A DNA stretch of 64,000 nucleotides from Alphaproteobacteria bacterium (GTDB lineage: Bacteria; Pseudomonadota; Alphaproteobacteria; Rs-D84): assembly GCA_017524525.1 (NCBI GenBank), contig JAFXVM010000014.1, forward strand, positions 5,680-69,679, given 5' to 3'. The number at the start of each line of letters is the position of its first letter. Position 1 is the first letter of the stretch. The position numbers were made by a program, and so were the translations under genes. Positions 35,507 to 43,400 of this stretch are shown here, piece after piece. The notes under the pieces are model-generated. The model worked only from the letters and a program-made list of their open reading frames with translations, was not told the origin of the DNA and searched no databases.

Positions 35507-36472
35507 ATGAAAAAGATTTTCTTAACATCAACTATTGTTTTATGCATGGCGTGCCCAGCGTTTGCTGATGACCCTGTGCCACCTACGGGCATAGCAATTG
35601 TTAACGGCGTTGCGCAAAACAATGACTGCGATCACGCTACTTTGGGTGTTTATAGTGGCTCTGTTAGTTTGGAAGCACAATGGACTGCTAAACGTTACAC
35701 TGTGACATATGACAAAGGTGCACACGCTGCGAGCGGTGTTAATAATTATGTAGACTCTTATAATGAACAAACAGGAACAGGTGGTGCCAGATACGACAGT
35801 AATTATACGGCACTGACTGGTGGTGGTGCTAATGCTGCTGCATCACAAACTGGAATTTATGCTGCGCCAGGTTACAGTTTTGTTGGTTGGACCACAGATC
35901 CAACACCTACATTTACAGATAATAATTTGAATCATGCTTGGGGTGGGGCAACTCCGTGGCAGACTGATGGCAATATAACAGTTTATGCTGCGTATAGCGC
36001 GGAAGGTATTGCGATTAGATTTGATTGCAATTATCCTTCTGGTGCATCTACGACAGAAAGTGGCACAGGTCCAGCGCCACAAAGTATTTTGATACCTATG
36101 GATACTTCTGGAACGCTCAGCGCAACATGTACATTGCCGGGTTATACATTTAATGGCTGGAATTGTACGGTTGGTTTAAGCGATTCGACAAATACTGCAT
36201 ATACATTAACAGAAGGCAGAACTTCACTTATCTCGAATGGGACCACGGTGTATATTCATAATGCCGAAGGTGTCGATTGTTATGCGAATTGGACTGCGAA
36301 TACAATTACGCTTAATTGGACAGATCCTTCTGGTACCAACACATATCAGCCGGGTTCTTGTACATATGACGGCGACGTCACATTGCCTGCTAATCCTGTT
36401 AGAACGGGGTACAAATTTGTTGGATGGACCGTTGGATCAAACCAACAAGAACAACAACAAACAAATCCATAA
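35507..36472 (+). CDS. secreted flg_new repeat protein, family member 3
   Basis: Leader MKKIFLTSTIVLCMACPAFA. Three G-Y-x-F-x-G-W units. Ends ITLNWTDP...SCTYDGDVTLPANPVRTGYKFVGWTVGSNQQEQQQTNP. Confidence 0.8.
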   Translation: MKKIFLTSTIVLCMACPAFADDPVPPTGIAIVNGVAQNNDCDHATLGVYSGSVSLEAQWTAKRYTVTYDKGAHAASGVNNYVDSYNEQTGTGGARYDSNYTALTGGGANAAASQTGIYAAPGYSFVGWTTDPTPTFTDNNLNHAWGGATPWQTDGNITVYAAYSAEGIAIRFDCNYPSGASTTESGTGPAPQSILIPMDTSGTLSATCTLPGYTFNGWNCTVGLSDSTNTAYTLTEGRTSLISNGTTVYIHNAEGVDCYANWTANTITLNWTDPSGTNTYQPGSCTYDGDVTLPANPVRTGYKFVGWTVGSNQQEQQQTNP

Positions 36473-36492
36473 AAAATACATACATATTACCG

Positions 36493-36519
36493 AAACACCC
36501 CTGCAAAGGGGTGTTTTGT
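36493..36519 (+). terminator. intrinsic terminator after 35507-36472
   Basis: aaacacccct-gcaa-aggggtgtttt. Confidence 0.7.
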
Positions 36520-36610
36520 CATAGGGAAATTGTTCCTGCGGAAAAACAATCGCGATTCGTTTATAATGTATTTGTCTTAAAAAAAGACTTTTTAACCCAA
36601 GGAGAAATAA

Positions 36611-36832
36611 ATGTCTGGATTTACACAATATGTTTTAAAACCTTTGTCATTAATAGGGGCTTTGAACTGGGGGCTTGTCGGATTATTTAAATTCGATATT
36701 ATCGCTTGGATTTTTGGACCTATGACAATGTTTTCACGATTCTTTTATGTGCTTATCGGTTTGGCAGCATTGATTTGGTTAATCGTTTGGATTTTTGGCG
36801 ATAAACCGTCTTGCGAATACAGCCGCAGATAA
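36611..36832 (+). CDS. DUF378 family small membrane protein
   Basis: LIGALNWGLVGLFKFDIIAWIFG signature. 73 aa. SD AAGGAGA. Confidence 0.7.
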   Translation: MSGFTQYVLKPLSLIGALNWGLVGLFKFDIIAWIFGPMTMFSRFFYVLIGLAALIWLIVWIFGDKPSCEYSRR

Positions 36833-37302
36833 CATATATTTGCAATATGTTCTAAAATGCCCAAAATCAATGGGCATTTTTTAATTTTACAAATCCTTTT
36901 TTTATGATAGAATTGTATCAGCGAAAGCAGAGAAGAGAGAATATATGGGATGATGGCTTTCGCAGCGAATCTATTCTTTTTTTATCGTTTGGGTCCGTCC
37001 CATCATCCCATTTTTTTTAATGTTTTTTACAAAACAGCCTTTAATCAATACTATAGAAACAAAAAATCAATATCTTGATTCGAATCGGTATTTTTTTATC
37101 TATATTTTGATTTTTTGTATGATTCGAATCGTTTTTTTGGTGATTTTTTTTCAAAAATGGACACAAAAGGTCATTTGGTGTACAAAAACACACCGAATCG
37201 ATAAGAACAAAAGCCTTTCAAAGCCACGGCTGATGGGCGTTTCAAAAAAGCAAGTAAAAAAAACAAAAAAAATTTTTTTTTAATGCTGTGATTCGTTATT
37301 AA

Positions 37303-37318
37303 ATACTATATACTGTGT
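37303..37318. promoter_or_regulatory. candidate NrdR box 1 upstream of nrdD
   Basis: atactatatactgtgt compared with the NrdR consensus acaCwAtATaTwGtgt. Confidence 0.4.
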
Positions 37319-37335
37319 CCAAAGGGAAGCGAGAG

Positions 37336-37351
37336 ACACAATATATAGTAT
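37336..37351. promoter_or_regulatory. candidate NrdR box 2 upstream of nrdD
   Basis: acacaatatatagtat. Box centres are 33 bp apart. Ends 27 nt before the nrdD ATG. Confidence 0.45.
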
Positions 37352-37377
37352 TTTTTGTCAAAAAGAAGGGGAAAAAG

Positions 37378-39426
37378 ATGGCGGATAACGCAAACGAAGT
37401 TCAAATTCAAGTTATATCGACGCTGACATGCGGGTTGACTTCTATTAAAAAACGCTCTGGTGAAGTTGTGCCTTTCGATGCGAAAAAGATTTTTGATGCA
37501 ATCAAAAGCGCAGTGGCAGTGACACACGAAATATCTGATGCGGACATTGCAAAGATTACCCAAGATGTATTAACAAGATTGGATGCAAAATTTTCTGGTC
37601 AAACCCCAGATGTAGAAAGCATCCAAGATATTGTTATTCAAACTTTGATGGATGCGCGTGCGTACAAAACAGCGGAAAGTTATATTATTTATCGTCAAAA
37701 ACGTGCAGAAACACGCGGATCGCTGGTTGATGCGGTTTCTGTTATCGGTGATTATGTCAGTGAAGCGGATTGGCGTGTCAAAGAAAATGCGAACATTGGT
37801 TATTCTATCGGTGGACTTATATTGCGCAGCAGCGAACGTATGACTGCTGAATATTGGTTAAGCATTTATCCAAAAGAAGTTGCCGAAGCGCACAAAACAG
37901 CGGCTTTTCACATTCATGATTTGGGTTGGTTAACAGGATATTGTGCTGGCTGGTCTTTGCGTGAATTGTTATACGAAGGTTTTAACGGTGTTCCTGGCTA
38001 TTTACAATGTGAACCTGCGAAACATATGGCTACGGCTGTATCGCACATGGTGAATTTCCTTGGTACATTACAGAACGAATTTGCTGGTGCCCAGGCGTTC
38101 TCGTCTGTTGACACTTATCTTGCGCCGTACGTTCGTCTTGATAAATTATCCTATGCAGATGTAAAAAATTCTATGCAGACTTTGGTATTTAATTGTTCTG
38201 TACCTTGTCGTTGGGGAACACAAACTCCGTTTATTAATTTCACTTTCGATTGGACTTGTCCAAAAGATTTGCGTGAACAGCGTCCATTTGTTGGCAAAAA
38301 GATGGTTGATTTCACATATGGTGATTTGCAACCTGAAATGGACATGATTAACAAAGCCTTTATCGAAGTTATGACAGAAGGCGATGCTTTGGGACGTCCA
38401 TTTACATTCCCAATTCCAACATATAATATCACAGACGATTTTCCGTGGGAACATCCAAATGTAAAGCCTTTGTTTGATTTGGCTGCTAAATATGGTATTC
38501 CTAATTTCCAGAATTTCTTGAACAGCGATTTGAATCCAACAGATGTTCGTTCTATGTGTTGCAGATTGCGTCTTGATGTGCGTGAATTATTGAAACGCGG
38601 TGGCGGTTTGTTCGGCAGTGCGGAAAAGACAGGGTCTATTGGTGTTGTGACAATTAATTTGGCTCGCCTTGGTTATAAGCACAAGGGCGACCGCGAAGGT
38701 TTATTGCGTGAATTAAAAACATTGCTTGATTTAGCACGTGATTCTTTGGAAATCAAACGTAAAATTATTTCCAAGAATTTGGAAAGGGGATTATATCCAT
38801 TTACGAAACGTTATTTGGGCAATTGGAATCATCACTTTTCTACGATTGGGGTAAATGGTGCCAACGAAATGGTAATGAACTTTACAAATGGCAACGACAA
38901 TATCGCAACAGTATTTGGTAAAAACCTGGTATTGGAAGTGATGGATTTCATAAGAACTAATCTGGCAGACTTCCAAGAAAAGACAGGTAATTTGTATAAT
39001 TTGGAAGCAACCCCAGCCGAAGGCTGCGCATATCGCTTTGCGAAAACAGATAAAAAAGAATTCCCAGATATATTAACAGCGGGAACAGCGGATGCACCGT
39101 ATTATACAAATTCAACTCAATTGCCGGTGTATTTCACAGACGACCCATTTGTCGCCTTGGAACACCAAGAAGAATTGCAACGCAAATATACAGGTGGCAC
39201 AATGTTGCACCTTTATATGGGTGAACCTGTTTCATCTGGCGAAGCGGCGGAAAAAATCGTTCGCACAATCTTTGAAAATTACAAAGTGCCATATATGACA
39301 TTGACACCAACATTTTCAATTTGTCCAAAGCACGGCTATTTACCGGGACGGCATGATTTCTGTCCAAAGTGCGATGCAGAAATTGCGGCTAACGATTGCC
39401 AATGCAAATGCAAGAATCACGAATAA
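37378..39426 (+). CDS. nrdD: anaerobic ribonucleoside-triphosphate reductase large polypeptide (class III RNR) lacking the glycyl-radical C-terminus
   Basis: SD AAGGGGA. N-terminal ATP-cone (IKKRSGEVVPFDAKKIFDAIKSA), conserved core, and an end in the Cys cluster FCPKCDAEIAANDCQCKCKNHE*. No R-x-x-G-Y motif inside. Confidence 0.9.
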   Translation: MADNANEVQIQVISTLTCGLTSIKKRSGEVVPFDAKKIFDAIKSAVAVTHEISDADIAKITQDVLTRLDAKFSGQTPDVESIQDIVIQTLMDARAYKTAESYIIYRQKRAETRGSLVDAVSVIGDYVSEADWRVKENANIGYSIGGLILRSSERMTAEYWLSIYPKEVAEAHKTAAFHIHDLGWLTGYCAGWSLRELLYEGFNGVPGYLQCEPAKHMATAVSHMVNFLGTLQNEFAGAQAFSSVDTYLAPYVRLDKLSYADVKNSMQTLVFNCSVPCRWGTQTPFINFTFDWTCPKDLREQRPFVGKKMVDFTYGDLQPEMDMINKAFIEVMTEGDALGRPFTFPIPTYNITDDFPWEHPNVKPLFDLAAKYGIPNFQNFLNSDLNPTDVRSMCCRLRLDVRELLKRGGGLFGSAEKTGSIGVVTINLARLGYKHKGDREGLLRELKTLLDLARDSLEIKRKIISKNLERGLYPFTKRYLGNWNHHFSTIGVNGANEMVMNFTNGNDNIATVFGKNLVLEVMDFIRTNLADFQEKTGNLYNLEATPAEGCAYRFAKTDKKEFPDILTAGTADAPYYTNSTQLPVYFTDDPFVALEHQEELQRKYTGGTMLHLYMGEPVSSGEAAEKIVRTIFENYKVPYMTLTPTFSICPKHGYLPGRHDFCPKCDAEIAANDCQCKCKNHE

Positions 39427-39471
39427 CAAAAAACAAAAAAACAAAAAATAAAAAAGGAAAGGAGGAATACT

Positions 39472-39651
39472 ATGAACCCACAACAAAGAACACCATGCGA
39501 AACATTTTCACGTTCAATGGGATATATTAGACCAGTTAAAAATTTTAACATTGGTAAATATGCAGAATTTTGTGAAAGAAAAACCTTTACAGAGGCGAAC
39601 TCTTTGACAGCAGGTGCACGTCACAGCGAATTATTGAAAAAGGCTGCATAA
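39472..39651 (+). CDS. stand-alone NrdD glycyl-radical segment (59 aa, not in the track), in frame with nrdD behind a single TAA
   Basis: Hand translation gives MNPQQRTPCETFSRSMGYIRPVKNFNIGKYAEFCERKTFTEANSLTAGARHSELLKKAA*. SD AAAGGAGG at 39458-39465. Confidence 0.7.
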   Translation: MNPQQRTPCETFSRSMGYIRPVKNFNIGKYAEFCERKTFTEANSLTAGARHSELLKKAA

Positions 39652-39669
39652 TAATTTTGGGTTTTATTC

Positions 39670-40374
39670 ATGAAACAAATACAAATCGGCGGTTTGGTTT
39701 CCTTTACAACGATAGATTATCCTGGGAAATTGGCCGCTGTATTATTTTTAAAAGGGTGTCCGCTTAATTGCAAATACTGTTCTAATCCGCACCTTATCCC
39801 TTTGGGCGAAGGCGAATATGATCCAGAAAAAGTATTTGATTGGCTGCGCGCGCGTGTCGGCAAATTGGAAGGCGTTGTCTTTTCAGGGGGCGAAGCGTTA
39901 ATGCAAGCGGATGCGACAATTGAATATATGAAACGTGTGCATGATTTGGGTTTTGCGATTGGTCTGCATACTAATGGTTTTTATCCTGATTTGTTAAAGA
40001 AAGTTAATGACACAGTTGATTGGATTGGTCTTGATTTCAAAGCAACGCGTGAACATTATCATGATTTAACAGGTATAGATGTTGCATACGACCGCATGAT
40101 AGAATCTTTGAAATATTGGGTATCGACTGGTCATGGATTAGAAGTTCGCACAACATGCGACCCGCGCTTTGTAAGCAAAACAGATTTGTTGGAAATCGCA
40201 CAAACAGCGTCCTGTATGGGTGCAAAAAATTTTGCTGTGCAAAAATATACACCATATCACGAATGCGAATGTCATGAAACCAGCGCGGCTGATCGCGAAC
40301 AGTTTTTCAATGACGAAGAATTAAAAAAGAACATAGAAAGTTTGTTTAACACAGTTGTATGGCGTAACAATTAA
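39670..40374 (+). CDS. nrdG: anaerobic ribonucleoside-triphosphate reductase activating protein (radical SAM)
   Basis: CPLNCKYCSNP (CX3CX2C), GVVFSGGEAL, and position next to nrdD. Confidence 0.85.
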   Translation: MKQIQIGGLVSFTTIDYPGKLAAVLFLKGCPLNCKYCSNPHLIPLGEGEYDPEKVFDWLRARVGKLEGVVFSGGEALMQADATIEYMKRVHDLGFAIGLHTNGFYPDLLKKVNDTVDWIGLDFKATREHYHDLTGIDVAYDRMIESLKYWVSTGHGLEVRTTCDPRFVSKTDLLEIAQTASCMGAKNFAVQKYTPYHECECHETSAADREQFFNDEELKKNIESLFNTVVWRNN

Positions 40375-40400
40375 ATAATGGGTTCTGTTTTTTTTGCCTT

Positions 40401-40430
40401 GCCCCCGTTATCCGTGCGGGGGTATTTTTT
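40401..40430 (+). terminator. intrinsic terminator after nrdG
   Basis: gcccccg-ttatccgtg-cgggggt followed by atttttt. Confidence 0.7.
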
Positions 40431-40446
40431 ATCAATAGATTGTTTG

Positions 40447-40476
40447 TAAAAAACAGGTGGGGAAAATCCCCACCGT
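40447..40476 (-). terminator. intrinsic terminator after the 1978-aa gene
   Basis: Minus strand reads acggtgggg-atttt-ccccacct followed by gtttttt. Confidence 0.7.
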
Positions 40477-40487
40477 TTTATTGACTA

Positions 40488-43400
40488 TTATTGTATAACC
40501 TGATAACCCATAAAGTTATACCCGGTTCGTGTTTCTGCTGTGGGTAATGTAAAGTCATCATCATACGAACATTGATTCGTGGTCATTTGAGTGTTTCCAT
40601 CATACCACGTAATATTGTAAGTATTTGGATTACACGGTGCCACAGGGTTTTTGCCGTATGAACCAAACAGGACATTTTCAACCGGTTTGTCTAATAAGTA
40701 TTCCGATAGACTGCTGTTAAGGCATTCTTTGGAACAAGTGCTGGCATCGTCAAATCCTTTAATATACACCCAATTTGAATCATTTACATTTACTGTTGAT
40801 TGACTATTTAATTGATATCCGGTCATATTAATCCAACAATGTTTACCAGTGCTGGTTGAATTAAATGTAGCATAAGATTTTGTTTCGAAATCTGTACTGC
40901 CAGCGGTTGTGTTACACGATGCGCGTCCCATAATCTTGGTTCCATTATTATATACCAATTCAAATGTTCCCGCGGTCATACCGTTTGAAGAACCAGCATA
41001 TAATTCACTAGTGCCACTGCCAGTAGAACCGTCCAATTCCAGATATTTTGTAGAAGATAAATTCAAATTTCTGGATTGATTAATATAATTAACCAATGGG
41101 CCATCTGTCGTATTCATTGCGGCATAACCAGTGTTGCAACCACTGATAGATGATACAGCACATGCACCAATGGCGGTTATTTCTAGTTCGTCAGAGAAAT
41201 ATATTCTGGTTGCTGCGGTTTGATTAGCATAGGTCACACTTGATGCGCCACGTACTGGATTTACCACAGAGCATTGTTGTGTGCTGGGGTTTTTATAACA
41301 GAACCGCTTATCTTTTGCACCTGTATCAGAATATGAGTATCCGCTTTCGCATTGTTCTTTACCTTGGTCTTTGGTCGTACTAATGTCCCATGTTCCGCCA
41401 GGGCAATAATACCCATTGCCCGGACATATCGAACATGTTGTGTTGCCCATCGCCAAATATTCACCCGGCGCACAATTATATTGTGGAATACCACATTGTC
41501 TGGTATCACCCAAATCACCAAATTCAGGGGTCATGGCAGTTTGTTTTGCACAGTCATGTGCACATTCATACTGACAATCAGACAATGTTTTATCTTTCAT
41601 TGGCGTTAATATTGTCACAGCAGGATTAACAGATACTGTGCTGCCACTGCCGATTTTATAACTGGTTAAACTGCAATGACAATCATATTTGCCGTCCGCA
41701 TTTACATCACATGATGCGGTTCCGTTAACTTCTAGATCAGTACCATATACCAATCTAAATGTTCCGTTTTGCATACCAATATAATCACCTGTGCCTTCAG
41801 CCGCGCGACCGCTGTTTACACCACTATCACCATTTATTGCACGATAATGAACTTCTTTGTTGTTGTCAAAAGGCATACCAAACACAGGTGATTCATAATT
41901 TGATAATGGACCCGCAGAACCAACCAATGTTTCACCACTGTTTTGACATGTGGCATCTGTTATTGCACATGCCCCCACCGGAACAACAGAATTCACAACA
42001 GAATCAGTATAAGTGCGTCTTGTTGCTGTGGCATTAGCATAGGTTGCATCCGCATAATCAATTTTTAACAAGTCTTTGCAGTTTACTGTTTCTTCTTTGT
42101 AACAGAAACCAATATACGCTGTGCCTTGGGCTGAATTTGGATAATTACTTAAACATTTTTCTTTGCCTTGGTCATCTAAGCTACTGGCTTGGACGTTGTT
42201 GACACCTTTGCAGTAATAACCCGCCGGGCAAATTGCACAGGTTGTTTCGTTCTTTGGTAAATAATATCCAGGATTACAAGAATACGTTGGTATTTCACAT
42301 GCCATCTGTTGCCCGTATGTCCCCAACAAAGCAGACATCATTTTATTCACTATATTTGGATTTTCTGAGAAATTCACACACTTAGATGCGCAGTCGTTTG
42401 CACATCCTGAATTTGAATCGGCTTTTTTAACGAATGCCCAATCTGAATCATTTACATTTGTCGCACTGCCACCATTTAGTTGATACCCCGTCATATTGCA
42501 CCAACAATATTTACCAGTGCTGGATGAATTAAAGGTATTATTAGATCTGGTTTCGCCAACATTAACACCATCGGTTGAATTGCAAGATGCGCGAACATTT
42601 ATCTTTGTTCCGTCTGTCCATTGAATTATGCCCGTACCGTTCGTCATACCTGTTGAATCACCGTATCCATAGGATGCAGAACTGTTCTTTCCATCATCAC
42701 CATTTAACGCGCGGTATTTACAATTCGCCTTTGAAATATTGTGCGATTGATTGACATAATTCACAAGTACCCCATTTGTCGCAGGTGTCACAACATAACC
42801 GTTCGCTGTATCGCAAGTCAGTGCGGTTATTGCACATGCACCGATGTTTTCTGTTTCTGTGCCTGGCGTATAAGCGCCATAAGATGCGGTTGTGTTCGCA
42901 TACGTCACAGATGTAGAATTTGATACTTTGTTCAAAGTTGAACAGTTGTCGGTACCCGTTTCTTTATTACATTGTGTCTCAGCCCATGAACCGACCACAG
43001 ATTTGGTGAATCCGCTTGGACAATCGTATATTCCTTGTTCTTCTGTTGTGCTGTATGAAAAGAAACCGCCAGGACAGAAATGATTGATTGTACATTGTAC
43101 ACAAGCGGTTGCTTCTTTTGGTAAATAATATCCCGGCGCGCAAGTGTATTGGCTTATGCTGCACGCTTTCTGTTGTCCTAAATCATCAAATAAAATAACG
43201 CGGATGTCTCTATTACGGGCAATATCCATTGCGCACGTCTGGGCACATTTTGATTCAGCTGCTGACTGAAGTGGAAGTGCATCATAACTGCTGGTTGTAC
43301 CCTTAGCAGGATTAACCGTCACAGCAGAACCACCAGACAAAGTATAACTGTCCATACTGCAACTACAAGCATATTTCCCATCCTTGTAAAGGTAGGATGC

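Noticed and set aside
37064-37080. FNR/CRP-type box upstream of nrdD (atcaatatcttgat).
   Set aside because: The half-sites are in the wrong order (ATCAA-N4-TTGAT rather than TTGAT-N4-ATCAA). The site lies about 300 nt from the start codon.
37020-37283. 87-aa ORF in the nrdD upstream region, and the 62-aa ORF at 1289-1477.
   Set aside because: Made largely of poly-T/poly-A-derived Phe/Lys/Ile codons with no SD. They overlap hairpin and promoter-like sequence.
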